A stretch of 64,000 nucleotides of DNA from Bdellovibrionales bacterium RIFOXYD12_FULL_39_22 (GTDB lineage Bacteria; Bdellovibrionota; Bacteriovoracia; Bacteriovoracales; Bacteriovoracaceae). Every line of letters begins with the position of its first letter. Position 1 is the first letter of the stretch. Shown here one piece after another: positions 36,549 to 47,134 of this stretch. The translations under genes and the position numbers were made by a program. A model generated the notes under the pieces. It searched no databases and was not told the origin of the DNA. It was given only the letters and a program-made list of their open reading frames with translations. The stretch covers positions 1 to 64,000 of the forward strand of contig MEQL01000049.1 in the NCBI GenBank assembly GCA_001770205.1, written 5' to 3'.

Positions 36549-38198
36549 ATGGCCTATCAAGTTCTGGCCAGAAAGTGGCGTCCGACAAAATTTGAAGAGG
36601 TCATTGGACAAGATCACATCATTAAATCTATCAAAAATGCCGTACTAAAAAATAAGGTGGGCCATGCCTATCTTCTTACCGGAACAAGAGGAGTCGGAAA
36701 AACTACCATCGCCAGAATTTTGGCCAAAGTTCTCCGCTGTGAAAACTTAGGCCCAGAGGCCACTCCTTGCGACAAATGTAGCTCCTGTCAAGATTTCTCT
36801 GGTGATGCCTCGATGAACATCCTCGAAATTGACGGTGCCTCAAATAATGGCATTGATAATATTCGGGAGTTAATTGCTAATGTGCAATATCTTCCAACTT
36901 CTGGCTCAAAGAAAATTTATATCATCGACGAAGTGCACATGGTAACTACTAGTGCTTTTAATGCTCTTTTAAAGACACTAGAAGAACCCCCTGCGCATGT
37001 TATTTTTATTTTCGCAACAACTGAGCCGGATAAATTAATGGGCACTGTCCTTTCTCGTTGCCAACGATTTGATTTGCGCCAAATGAAACTAGGGGACTTG
37101 GTGTCTTTTATTAATAAAATCGCTGCCGCCGAAAATATTAAATTTGAAAACAAAAGTCTTGTTGAACTTATTTGTAGGCAAGGAAATGGATCTGTCCGTG
37201 ACACTTTGTCTATTTTAGATCAAATTTTAAGCTACTCTCTGGATAATTTTGTTACTGAAGAAATCGTGGCCTCTTCTTTGGGAATTGCTAAGGCCTCGGC
37301 CTTGGCAGATCTCGCTTTGTCCATGTTTTCTGGAGATGTTGCACTCTGTTCAAAGATATATCGAACACTAATCTACGAAAATGTGGCCATAAAAAATATC
37401 GTTTCCCAACTTTTAGATTTTATTTTTGATTGCATTGAGGCATTAAAAAATAATAAGCGATCATCTCATCATCTAGATTTATCTTTGGCCGAACTATATT
37501 GGATTTATGAAACAATTTCTCGCGATAGTGTTTGGGCAACTACCACCATTTCATCCGTTAACGTTGTTGAAATCATTTTACAAAAAATAACTTTGCGCCG
37601 AACATTTTTTAATAAAACAATTTCGGTCGAAAAAAAAAACTCTGATCCCCTCCCCTCCATCACAGTAGATAGATCTCCGGCAATAGAAGACAGGCCTCCT
37701 CTTGAACTTTCTCTTGTCAAAGAAGAAGCACGAAATTCTCCTTTGGAAAAAAACTGGGAAGGATTTTTGCATTACCTCGCGGCCATCTCGCCGGTTTCGG
37801 TGGCAAATTTAGAGCAAGGAAATATTACTAAGATTTCCAACCTTGCTAATTCCGCTCTCCCGTTGGAAATTGAACTTTCCTTCGGAGAGGCAGAACAAGT
37901 TTTTTATGAGCACTTACAAGAAAAATCTGTTCAAGAAAAATTAATTGAGCATCTATCAGAATATTTTTCAAAGAATAAGAGCAATTTGAAATTAGAATTT
38001 AAACTAATAAATGCCCACGAGCGAGAACGAACTAATTTCCAATCAAGAATGGAACAAAAGCTTGAAGATGAAGAGAAAAATGCGGAAAATTGGCGACAAG
38101 AACTTTTAAATGATGAAATTATTCTTTCTGCCGAAAAATTATTTAACTCTAAAATTGATAAAGTCGTAATTAATAAGCAACAGGAGCTGAAAAAATGA
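36549..38198 (+). CDS. dnaX: DNA polymerase III subunit tau/gamma
   Basis: LARKWRP, GTRGVGKT, IIDEVHM, NALLKTLEEPP, SRC. Confidence 0.97.
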   Translation: MAYQVLARKWRPTKFEEVIGQDHIIKSIKNAVLKNKVGHAYLLTGTRGVGKTTIARILAKVLRCENLGPEATPCDKCSSCQDFSGDASMNILEIDGASNNGIDNIRELIANVQYLPTSGSKKIYIIDEVHMVTTSAFNALLKTLEEPPAHVIFIFATTEPDKLMGTVLSRCQRFDLRQMKLGDLVSFINKIAAAENIKFENKSLVELICRQGNGSVRDTLSILDQILSYSLDNFVTEEIVASSLGIAKASALADLALSMFSGDVALCSKIYRTLIYENVAIKNIVSQLLDFIFDCIEALKNNKRSSHHLDLSLAELYWIYETISRDSVWATTTISSVNVVEIILQKITLRRTFFNKTISVEKKNSDPLPSITVDRSPAIEDRPPLELSLVKEEARNSPLEKNWEGFLHYLAAISPVSVANLEQGNITKISNLANSALPLEIELSFGEAEQVFYEHLQEKSVQEKLIEHLSEYFSKNKSNLKLEFKLINAHERERTNFQSRMEQKLEDEEKNAENWRQELLNDEIILSAEKLFNSKIDKVVINKQQELKK

Positions 38199-38512
38199 GT
38201 AAGGGAAATATGAACCAAATGCTAAAGCAAGCATCTCAAATGCAAAACAAATTGATGACACTGCAGAAAGAATTAGAGGCTCGAGAACTAGATATTTCTG
38301 CGGGTGGTGGCATGGTTAAAATTAAAATAAATGGTAAGCAAGAAATTTTAAATTTCGAACTAAATCCAGAGTGCGTAGATCCTTCTGATGTGGAGATGTT
38401 ACAAGAATTGGTGAAAACGGCCGTGAATCAAGCAATTAAAGAATCACAAGACATGGTATCAACTGCCATGTCAAAAATTTCTGGTGGCATTAATATTCCG
38501 GGACTATTTTAA
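38195..38512 (+). CDS. ybaB: YbaB/EbfC nucleoid-associated protein
   Basis: AGGGMVKIKING, DVEMLQELV; dnaX-ybaB-recR synteny. Confidence 0.95.
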   Translation: MSKGNMNQMLKQASQMQNKLMTLQKELEARELDISAGGGMVKIKINGKQEILNFELNPECVDPSDVEMLQELVKTAVNQAIKESQDMVSTAMSKISGGINIPGLF

Positions 38513-39108
38513 TGATCGAACTCCCGGAGTCTATTAATAATTGCGTGGCATTTTTTAAAAAACTCCCCGGAGTAGGGGAGAAAACGGCCATTCGCCAGGT
38601 TTTGTTTTTGGCCGGGCTCGACATGCGAGATTTGGCGGCCTTTGGCGACGCTTTACGGGCACTTGCCGAGATAAAAAAATGTCAGGTTTGCGGAATGCTC
38701 TCCGACAACGACCTCTGTAAAATATGCAGCGATCATGGCCGCTTTGCCAGCAAAACAATCTGCGTAGTTGAAAACATCAATGATTGCATTGCTATTGAAA
38801 AAAGTGGCAACTACCATGGAAAATTTCACGTTTTGGGAGGAGTTCTAAACCCACTCTTGGGCCAAGGCCCTGATGAAATCAATTTAGATCGCTTAAAGGA
38901 ACGAATCGTTGCCGAACAGGTCGAGGAGATTATTTTGGCGATTAACCCTACCGTAGAAGGGGATGCCACTTGTTCTTATATAAAACAGTTTTTGCCGGAA
39001 TCAATAGAAATAGATAGAATTGGATTTGGTATGCCAATTGGAGGAAGTCTGGAGTATCTTGATGCTATGACTATCACCAAGGCGCTGGAAAACAGAAAGA
39101 AAATATAG
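38512..39108 (+). CDS. recR: Recombination mediator RecR
   Basis: LPGVGEKTA, C4 zinc finger, NPTVEGDAT Toprim. Confidence 0.96.
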   Translation: MIELPESINNCVAFFKKLPGVGEKTAIRQVLFLAGLDMRDLAAFGDALRALAEIKKCQVCGMLSDNDLCKICSDHGRFASKTICVVENINDCIAIEKSGNYHGKFHVLGGVLNPLLGQGPDEINLDRLKERIVAEQVEEIILAINPTVEGDATCSYIKQFLPESIEIDRIGFGMPIGGSLEYLDAMTITKALENRKKI

Positions 39109-39119
39109 GTTATATTCTT

Positions 39120-39644
39120 ATGTCACATAGTAATTTTCAAACCATCATTGCCAAATTTTTTGATGGATATGATTTAGAAAAATCTCTTAAGCAAAATAGT
39201 ATTTATCTGTGCCGCAACGATGGTATTTTGCTCTATACCTGTACTGGAAAAAAAATGGCACCCTCTTTAGATGATGTTTCGATCGGTGCTTTGCTGGGAG
39301 GCGTTTGGCAAGCGGCCGAGGCACTGGCCTCTTTTATTCCAACCAAGGCCATGTCAGATCGAAATCCCCCCGTCTATCGTTTGAGTTTTGATGATTCTTC
39401 TCAAGGAGTCTATATTCTTCCTATTACTCATCAGGCGCAAAAATATTATCTCTCTTTGAGTTACGCCCAGGAAATTAATCCCGGGCAATTGAAGGCAAAT
39501 TTTCGCAAACTGGGAGAGGATTTGAATAAATTTTTAGATAAAAAGAAAATGGCAAATATCGTTACCGACAAAAAAGATAATTTGCTTTTTAATAATATAA
39601 CTGATGAAGAGATGGATAGTCTTTTTAACTTTGCGGGCAACTAG
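39120..39644 (+). CDS. mglB: Roadblock/MglB-like protein
   Basis: LCRNDG, SIGALLGG, C-terminal ITDEEMDSLF helix; directly upstream of mglA. Confidence 0.7.
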   Translation: MSHSNFQTIIAKFFDGYDLEKSLKQNSIYLCRNDGILLYTCTGKKMAPSLDDVSIGALLGGVWQAAEALASFIPTKAMSDRNPPVYRLSFDDSSQGVYILPITHQAQKYYLSLSYAQEINPGQLKANFRKLGEDLNKFLDKKKMANIVTDKKDNLLFNNITDEEMDSLFNFAGN

Positions 39645-39662
39645 ATTTAGGTAATAAAAAAT

Positions 39663-40256
39663 ATGTCATTAGTAAATTATCCAAAAAAAGAAGTTAATTG
39701 CAAAATCGTCTACTACGGGCCAGGGATGGGTGGTAAGACTACTAATATCCAATATGTCTATAAAAAGACGGTTAAAGATGCCAAAGGGAAAATTATTTCG
39801 ATAAATACCGCTAACGAACGCACAATTTTTTTTGACTTTCTTCCTTTGGATTTAGGAGAAATTCGCGGTTTTAAAACTCGTTTTCACCTATATTCGGTGC
39901 CTGGCCAAGTTTTTTATGAATCAAGTCGCAAATTGATTTTGCGAGGAGTGGACGGCGTAGTCTTTGTGGCCGACTCACAGGTTGATCGAATGGAAGCAAA
40001 CATCGAAAGTTTGCAAAGTTTACAAAACAATCTTTTAGAACAAGGATACGATATCCATAAAATTCCACTCGTCATGCAATGGAATAAGCGGGATCTTCCG
40101 AATATTTCTTCGGTAGAAAACTTGAAGACCGAACTAAATAAGTGGAATGCTCCTGATTTTGAGTCCGTAGCAACCGATGGTTCTGGTGTTTTTGAAACTC
40201 TTAAAATGATTAGCAAGCTAGTTTTAATGAATTTGCGTGGTGGCCTTTCTGCGTAA
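39663..40256 (+). CDS. mglA: Ras-like GTPase MglA
   Basis: KIVYYGPGMGGKTTN, RTIFFDFLP, VPGQVFY, NKRDL. Confidence 0.95.
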   Translation: MSLVNYPKKEVNCKIVYYGPGMGGKTTNIQYVYKKTVKDAKGKIISINTANERTIFFDFLPLDLGEIRGFKTRFHLYSVPGQVFYESSRKLILRGVDGVVFVADSQVDRMEANIESLQSLQNNLLEQGYDIHKIPLVMQWNKRDLPNISSVENLKTELNKWNAPDFESVATDGSGVFETLKMISKLVLMNLRGGLSA

Positions 40257-40267
40257 GGAACATTCTT

Positions 40268-41227
40268 TTGAATAGCGAATATGGCCAACATATTTCTGTC
40301 TTGCTGCAAGAGTCTCTGGATTATTTACTGGGAAAAATCTCTCCTGAAGATAGCAGCGTTAAATATTTTGCTGATCTTACCTTCGGCCGAGGCGGCCACT
40401 CTTTAGCATTATCTCAACGAAATAGTTCTATACAACTTATTTGCCTCGATCAAGATCCAGAGGCCATTGAAAATGGCAAGGCAATGATCGCAGAAAAAAA
40501 TCTATCAACACGAATCACTTTGCATCATGCAAATTTTCGGAACTTTAAAAAAATAGTCGAAACAAACCATCTAGAAATTATGCAAGGCCATGGTGGATTT
40601 GACGGAATTTTGATTGACCTAGGAGTCTCTTCTCATCAATTTGATACCGGAGAGCGAGGATTTTCATTTCGCTTCGACGGGCCCCTTGATATGCGCATGA
40701 ATCCCGATGATGGTGGTGAACTTAATAGTTTTTCTACTGCGGCAGAGCTCATTAAAAATAGCACCCAAGAAGATCTAACAAAAATTTTTTTTGAATATGG
40801 AGAAGAGAAATTTGCTAAAAGAATTGCCCAAAAAATTTGTGAGGAGAGAAAAGTCCGAGAGATTAAGACTACCAACGATTTAGAAGAGATTATTTTTCAC
40901 TGCTACCCGAAGGCCATGCGCCATGAAAAAATACATCCTGCCACTCGTGTTTTTCAAGCATTGCGAATTGCTGTCAATCACGAACTAGAAATTATTGAAG
41001 AGATGATTCCCATCCTCGCCCAAATGCTTTGCGTTGGTGGAAGATTGGCCATCATAAGTTTTCATTCATTAGAGGATAGAATTGTAAAACACTCTATGAG
41101 AAATTTGGAAAAAAATGAGGAGATTGGTCGGGTATTAACAAAAAAACCAATCATTCCCAGCAACGAAGAAATTTTGAGGAATTCTCGAGCAAGAAGTGCT
41201 AAAATGAGAGTGTTGGAGAGATTATAA
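40268..41227 (+). CDS. rsmH: 16S rRNA m4C1402 methyltransferase
   Basis: TFGRGGHS, DLGVSS, LDMRM, FQALRIAVN, SFHSLEDR. Confidence 0.97.
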   Translation: MNSEYGQHISVLLQESLDYLLGKISPEDSSVKYFADLTFGRGGHSLALSQRNSSIQLICLDQDPEAIENGKAMIAEKNLSTRITLHHANFRNFKKIVETNHLEIMQGHGGFDGILIDLGVSSHQFDTGERGFSFRFDGPLDMRMNPDDGGELNSFSTAAELIKNSTQEDLTKIFFEYGEEKFAKRIAQKICEERKVREIKTTNDLEEIIFHCYPKAMRHEKIHPATRVFQALRIAVNHELEIIEEMIPILAQMLCVGGRLAIISFHSLEDRIVKHSMRNLEKNEEIGRVLTKKPIIPSNEEILRNSRARSAKMRVLERL

Positions 41228-41276
41228 TTATCCTCTCTCCTTAATTTAAGTTAGATACAAACCAAGGAGTGGTTGT

Positions 41277-41618
41277 ATGGCAATAATTAGGCCGTCGGCC
41301 GGGGCCAGTAGGGCGACAAAAAAAGAGCGAAAAAGTTTAGGCGAGTTTGTAAAAAATATCTTTTTTAGCTCTCAAGGATTTCCCATTTTTCTCACAGGCT
41401 CAGTAATAGCAATTTTAATTGTCCTTTTCCGCATGAAGGCCGTTGAGCTGGACTACGAAATGATTACTATCCGTGAAAAAATTAATGATTCCCAGGCCGA
41501 GACAAAGGAATTGGATGCTGAAAAAGCAAAGCTTCTGGCCGTTGATCGACTGCGTGGCCTTGCAAAAAAATATGAACTACACACTCCTCAGCAAGAACAA
41601 ATTATTGTTATTCCTTAG
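41277..41618 (+). CDS. ftsL: Cell division protein FtsL-like
   Basis: Single TM plus coiled coil between rsmH and ftsI. Confidence 0.7.
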   Translation: MAIIRPSAGASRATKKERKSLGEFVKNIFFSSQGFPIFLTGSVIAILIVLFRMKAVELDYEMITIREKINDSQAETKELDAEKAKLLAVDRLRGLAKKYELHTPQQEQIIVIP

Positions 41619-41635
41619 AGGACAGATATTTTAAA

Positions 41636-43561
41636 ATGGTTATTAAACATAGAATCATTTTCACCTTTCTTTCGCTGGCGTTCTTTTTTTTCATAGTCTT
41701 TTTAAAAGCTTTTATCGTGCAGGTATATGATCGCGCGGAGTTAATTGAAAAATCGAAAAAGCAAATTTTCCGCGAAAGCAAAGTCTTTTCTCATCGTGGA
41801 AATATCTATGATCGCAATGGCTCGCCTTTGGCCATAAACGTCCAAACCTATAGTATTTTTACTATCCCTAAAAACGTAAAGGGAGGAAACGAAAATTACC
41901 GAAAACTCGGCCGCATCGTGCCAGAGTTAGGGGCAGCTAAAATTCTATCAACAATTAAAAATCGCGAAAAATACACTTGGATTGCACGCAAAATCTCTTT
42001 AACAGATAAACAAGTTGATGCCATTTCAGAATTAAGCAAAAATGGCGGAATATATATAGAGCCAGTTCCACAAAGAATCTATCCCAACCGAGAACTCATG
42101 TCGCAAGTTTTGGGTTTTGTCGGCGTAGACAACATGGGATTGGCAGGAGCGGAATATCAATTTGATGATCGCCTACGCGGTCGGCCATCCATCATCCGTT
42201 ACTATTTAGATGCTAAAGGACGTCCCATTAAAACGGAGGGCCCGGCCGTAACTAGTAATGCGGAAGATATTTATTTAAGTCTAGACAAAGAACTACAGGC
42301 CGTTGCCGAAAAATATTTAAAAGAGGCCGTCTTAGAGACAGGATCAAAAATTGGGGGGATTGGAATCATTGATCCGGCCAATGGTGAAATTTTAGCAGTG
42401 GCCAATTATCCCTCCTTTGATGCCAATACTCTTTCGCTCTCTCGTCCAGAAAATCGTAAACTCTCCTTTGTCGTTGATCCTATTGAACCAGGATCAATCT
42501 TTAAAATTTTAACAGTGGCCTCAGCACTAGAAAACAAAGTGGCCACTCCAACTACAAACTATTACTGCGAACAAGGCCGATTTTTAGTGGACAATCACTA
42601 CATCAGTGAAGCCGAGACAACTAAAAAATATGAATGGCTCTCTGTAAAAGAAATCATTGAACATAGTTCCAACATTGGCACTACCAAAATTGCTTTTGAT
42701 TTAACTTTCCCAAAACTAAATGAAACACTTATTGGCCTAAACATTGGGCAGAAAACTGGAATTGGAATTCCGGGGGAATCACGCGGAATTTTTGCACACA
42801 AGCAAAATGTATCTCCGCTGGCCCTAAGTAATTTGAGCTTTGGCCAAGGAGTTGCTACTACCGGGATTCAAATTTTGTCCGCCTATGCGGCCATTGCCAA
42901 CGGTGGAAATTATATTACCCCGACGATTGTTAAAAGAGCGAAAGAAGCAATTAGGACGCGTCGGGTTTTCTCTTACAAAACAGCAAAAGAATTAACCGAT
43001 ATGCTGGTAGGGGCCGTGGAACAAGGAACCGGATCAAATGCCATGATTCCTTATTTTAAAATCGCAGGAAAGACTGGAACTGCTCAACGTCCAGATACGG
43101 CCGGAGGATATAGTGGATATATTCCTGGTTTCATCGGTTTTCCTGTTAACGTTAATAAAAAATTTGTTATCTATGTTTATTTGGATAATCCACAAACTAG
43201 CTCCTACTATGGGAACACGCTGGCGGCACCGGTATTTAAAAAAGTGGCACAATACATTCTATACAATAATAAGGAAATTAAAGCACTGGCCACCGCTGAT
43301 CGAAAGGAAAATATTCGTGAGCAGCAAAATTTTGATACAATCAAAACACAACAATCAGCAACTAGATTATTTGACAAAAAGATTGTTCCCAATTTATTGG
43401 GCCTTGACCGTGCGGCCATTCGCCGCATTATTGAAAGATACGGTTACAAAATTGTGGAAAGAGGAATCGGCGTTGTGACCTCTCAAATGCCAGATCCTCA
43501 AACACAGTATGAGGAAAACTCAGTAATAAATATTCGCTACTCTCCTCCAGAATATGAATAA
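41636..43561 (+). CDS. ftsI: Class B penicillin-binding protein with C-terminal PASTA-like domain
   Basis: RGNIYDRNG, EPGSIFK, SSN, KTGTAQ. Confidence 0.93.
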   Translation: MVIKHRIIFTFLSLAFFFFIVFLKAFIVQVYDRAELIEKSKKQIFRESKVFSHRGNIYDRNGSPLAINVQTYSIFTIPKNVKGGNENYRKLGRIVPELGAAKILSTIKNREKYTWIARKISLTDKQVDAISELSKNGGIYIEPVPQRIYPNRELMSQVLGFVGVDNMGLAGAEYQFDDRLRGRPSIIRYYLDAKGRPIKTEGPAVTSNAEDIYLSLDKELQAVAEKYLKEAVLETGSKIGGIGIIDPANGEILAVANYPSFDANTLSLSRPENRKLSFVVDPIEPGSIFKILTVASALENKVATPTTNYYCEQGRFLVDNHYISEAETTKKYEWLSVKEIIEHSSNIGTTKIAFDLTFPKLNETLIGLNIGQKTGIGIPGESRGIFAHKQNVSPLALSNLSFGQGVATTGIQILSAYAAIANGGNYITPTIVKRAKEAIRTRRVFSYKTAKELTDMLVGAVEQGTGSNAMIPYFKIAGKTGTAQRPDTAGGYSGYIPGFIGFPVNVNKKFVIYVYLDNPQTSSYYGNTLAAPVFKKVAQYILYNNKEIKALATADRKENIREQQNFDTIKTQQSATRLFDKKIVPNLLGLDRAAIRRIIERYGYKIVERGIGVVTSQMPDPQTQYEENSVINIRYSPPEYE

Positions 43562-44966
43562 AAAAATGTTGCAAGAAATTTTGGCACCGCTTGGTATTGA
43601 CTGTTCTTCGTTGTCAAACAACATAAACATTGAAGGAATAACTTCTAATTTGCAGCATGCCTCCTCAACCGATTTGGCCTTTTATCGAATCCTGCCAGGA
43701 AAAGAGGCAGAAGAAAAATATATACAAAGAATCTCTTCTGCTCGATGTGGCCTATTAATCATCAATCGCCCCCCTCCGATGCCAATCTTTAACAACACAC
43801 TGGTGATAAGTGATAATTATTTTCTGCCAGTACAAAAAAAATTGGCAGACATCTTATATCCCTTCCCTGCACAATTAAAATTGGTAGGAGTGACGGGCAC
43901 CAACGGAAAAACCACCACCGTTAATCTGGCCGCTCAGATTGCCGGCCAATTAGGAAAGAAGGCCATTAGTATTGGTACATTGGGAATAAAAAATCAGAAA
44001 AATGAAATTTTGGTAGAGACACTTGATTCAACCATGCCCTCTTTCATTGAACTACGCCGACTACTTTTTACCTACGCTAAAAATGCGGAGGTGGCATTTA
44101 TGGAAATTAGTAGTCATGGCCTCGATCAAAATAGATTGTATGATTTAAAACTTGCAGTGGCCGCGTGGACAAATCTCACACAAGATCACTTGGACTACCA
44201 TCACGATATGGAAACCTACTTCAAGGCCAAGGCAAAGATCGCAACAACTTCGCTGGTAGAAAATGGAATTTGCTTTTTTTCAGAAGGAGAGGAGATGCTT
44301 TGTGCCAAAGTTGCCGCCAGTAGTAATAGGGCCGTGATGGCCGCCAGGATGGATTGGGGTAATTTAGAAAAACTTCCTCTGTTTTTTCGTTCGCTTTTTA
44401 ATCGTAAAAATTTACAACTTGCTTTGCAGTTGAATGGATTTATTTTTGAAAAAAATAAAAAAGCGATTACTCCTTCTCAAATTAATCTAGAAAAAATCAC
44501 TCCTCCTGAAGGGAGGCTTAATATTATACCTTTCAAGGATAATTATATTGTAATTGATTATGCACACACTCCCGACGCTTTAGAAAATATTGCTCTCGCC
44601 TTATCACGCGATTTTTCTGAAAAAAAACTGGCCATAATTTTTGGTTGCGGTGGAAATCGAGATCGCAAAAAAAGGCCACTCATGGGCGCCATCGCCAAAC
44701 AGTATGCTTCTCGAGTAGTTGTAACATCTGATAACCCTCGCGATGAAGTGCCAGAAGCAATCATTCAAGAGATCTTGGCCGGCATTTCTGATTTGCATTC
44801 TGTTACGGTAGAAGCAGATAGGAGTAAGGCCATTAAAATGGTGATGGCGACTGCCTCCAACGAAGTAATTCTTATCGCTGGAAAAGGCCATGAGACTTAC
44901 CAGGAAATTAAAGGAGTAAAGTATCCATTTTCTGATTATAGCGAGGTGGAAAAGTGGAAAAGCTAA
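43554..44966 (+). CDS. murE: UDP-MurNAc-tripeptide synthetase (DAP-type)
   Basis: GTNGKTT, EISSH, DHLDYH, DYAHTPD, DNPR, AGKGHE. Confidence 0.96.
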   Translation: MNKKMLQEILAPLGIDCSSLSNNINIEGITSNLQHASSTDLAFYRILPGKEAEEKYIQRISSARCGLLIINRPPPMPIFNNTLVISDNYFLPVQKKLADILYPFPAQLKLVGVTGTNGKTTTVNLAAQIAGQLGKKAISIGTLGIKNQKNEILVETLDSTMPSFIELRRLLFTYAKNAEVAFMEISSHGLDQNRLYDLKLAVAAWTNLTQDHLDYHHDMETYFKAKAKIATTSLVENGICFFSEGEEMLCAKVAASSNRAVMAARMDWGNLEKLPLFFRSLFNRKNLQLALQLNGFIFEKNKKAITPSQINLEKITPPEGRLNIIPFKDNYIVIDYAHTPDALENIALALSRDFSEKKLAIIFGCGGNRDRKKRPLMGAIAKQYASRVVVTSDNPRDEVPEAIIQEILAGISDLHSVTVEADRSKAIKMVMATASNEVILIAGKGHETYQEIKGVKYPFSDYSEVEKWKS

Positions 44967-46417
44967 AAATTGCCTATAAAAATATTCTCTCGTGCTCCAC
45001 CACCTCCCTTCATTTTTATCAAGGGACTTTGGCCCTCCCCAAATATTTTTCTGGGATATCCACCGACACTCGTTCTTGTCGTGAGGAAGATCTTTTTGTA
45101 GCTATTGCTGGAGAAAGTTTTGATGGGTTTGATCATCTTGAAAAAGTTTTAGAAAATGCTAGCAATAGAATATTGTTGGCCGTCTTTCAATCCAGTGCTA
45201 AAAATACCCAGCGGCTACTTTCCTTTCAGGCCAAATACTCTCATATAAGTTTTTTGGAAGTCACAAACAGTATAACTTTTTTGCAGGAATTGGCCGGCCA
45301 TCACCGAGATGATTGGATGGCACATTCAGCACAAAATAGCATTATTGGAATAACTGGATCCAATGGGAAAACTACCACCAAAGAGATGGTGGCCCACTTT
45401 TTTGAAGCAATCTATCCCAAGAAAGTTTTGGCCACTCGCGGAAATTTAAATAATCATATTGGTGTTCCTCTCACTCTTTTACGCCTTACTTCACAACACC
45501 AGATTGCCATTATTGAAATGGGATCTAATCACCCCGGAGAAATTGAGGCCCTTTGTAATATTGCTCGGCCACACTCCGGAATTATAACCAATATTGGTTC
45601 GGCACACTTAGAATTTTTTAAAGACGAAGAGGGTGTGTTTTTAGAAAAAAGCGCCCTATATCGGGCAATTTGGGGCCGGCCAGATCGCAAATTTTTTATT
45701 ATTCCTCTTGATGATCCCTATCTTTCTCGACTTGCGCCCTTCCCTGGTGCTTTTTTCTTTGCTGAAAAAGAAGCATCTTCTCTTTCTGATACTCACTCTT
45801 TTTGGCAACTACGTTTTACGGCATCTAATTCACTTGTGCTAATTAATCGTACACAAAACATTACGATTAATATTAACAATGACGCTGTATCAGAAAAACA
45901 TAATTTAAAAAATTTAGCAATGGCCTTGCTTTTGGCCTACTGCTACTCCCCTAATGCTCTTCGCGAACTTGAATTGGCCGGTAACAATTTTTCTCCACCA
46001 AAAAACAACCGCTCGATGTGGGTTACTCCTGATAACAGCAGTGTTCAGATTTTTTTAGATGCCTATAATGCTAATCCCTCTTCCATGCGTGCCTCTTTGC
46101 TATATTTTTGTGAACATGCTAACGCCAACAGTATTGATCTAGGGGAGTGTGCTTTTATTTTGGGAGATATGAATGAATTGGGAGATAGATGCCAAGAATT
46201 TCATGTTGAAATTGGATCTTTGATGGCCCAGCAAAAAATTACTGCCGCTTTTTTTATTGGCAAATATGCTAAATTCTACCAGCAGGGATTTGGAAATACC
46301 GGTAAGGTATTTGAACAAAAAAGCGCTTTTCTTCCTCTTTGGATGGAAATCAGAAAAAAATATCGCTATGTTTTTATTAAAGGTAGTCGCTCTGTTCAGC
46401 TGGAGTCATTGGTTTAA
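44954..46417 (+). CDS. murF: UDP-MurNAc-tripeptide--D-Ala-D-Ala ligase
   Basis: GSNGKTTTKE, NNHIGVP, DAYNANPSSM, KGSR. Confidence 0.96.
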   Translation: MEKLKIAYKNILSCSTTSLHFYQGTLALPKYFSGISTDTRSCREEDLFVAIAGESFDGFDHLEKVLENASNRILLAVFQSSAKNTQRLLSFQAKYSHISFLEVTNSITFLQELAGHHRDDWMAHSAQNSIIGITGSNGKTTTKEMVAHFFEAIYPKKVLATRGNLNNHIGVPLTLLRLTSQHQIAIIEMGSNHPGEIEALCNIARPHSGIITNIGSAHLEFFKDEEGVFLEKSALYRAIWGRPDRKFFIIPLDDPYLSRLAPFPGAFFFAEKEASSLSDTHSFWQLRFTASNSLVLINRTQNITININNDAVSEKHNLKNLAMALLLAYCYSPNALRELELAGNNFSPPKNNRSMWVTPDNSSVQIFLDAYNANPSSMRASLLYFCEHANANSIDLGECAFILGDMNELGDRCQEFHVEIGSLMAQQKITAAFFIGKYAKFYQQGFGNTGKVFEQKSAFLPLWMEIRKKYRYVFIKGSRSVQLESLV

Positions 46418-46453
46418 CGGAGATGGTTTTTTTTATTCGGTGCCGGCAGCAGT

Positions 46454-47134
46454 CTAAAAGCGATAGGAGAACATTGCTCCGGCACCACTGTCATCATTTC
46501 CACTATAAGCAAAGGGGGCCAGGTCTAATTGACTGCCAAAAAAATACTCTTCCGAGTTGTTTTTATTTATGGCCGCATATCCCGCAATTATCACATTAAT
46601 TCCGCCTAAAAAAAGATAGGTGTTTTTTACTTTCTCCGTCGATTTATAAATTAAGGCATTAATGAAATATTGGGTGGCAAGTAGGGACGTGGAATAAAAA
46701 ATATAAAGTCGCCTTGCTCTGGCCTCTTTGGCCGAAATTTCTAGAAGATGTTGGGCGATTGATGATTTAGAATAGTTATCAACATTATCATCTGTTAGTA
46801 GTTTATAAAAGCTAGCATCAACATCTGGAGAGGTTAGTTTATATATCCCTCGTCCTACATTTATGATGCCAATTGTCTGAATTGCTGCATATGATATTTT
46901 TGTAAAACTGCTTTCTGAATAGATATATCCAAAATTTCCCACTAAAAAGGCCATCCCGCCAGAAATAATATTTTCATATTGATTGTACTTAAATGGCCGT
47001 TTGGAATTTTGATACTGATTTTCATAGAACAAAATTGCGCGAGAATTTGAGTCTGAAGCATTCGCCTGACTATTGCCATATCCTGCCTTTACGGCCAAAA
47101 AACATAAAATGATGTAAGCAGATATTTGTTTCAT
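46454..47134 (-). CDS. Hypothetical membrane protein
   Basis: Signal peptide, hydrophobic helices, C-terminal YRF. Confidence 0.7.
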   Translation of the reverse strand: MKQISAYIILCFLAVKAGYGNSQANASDSNSRAILFYENQYQNSKRPFKYNQYENIISGGMAFLVGNFGYIYSESSFTKISYAAIQTIGIINVGRGIYKLTSPDVDASFYKLLTDDNVDNYSKSSIAQHLLEISAKEARARRLYIFYSTSLLATQYFINALIYKSTEKVKNTYLFLGGINVIIAGYAAINKNNSEEYFFGSQLDLAPFAYSGNDDSGAGAMFSYRF

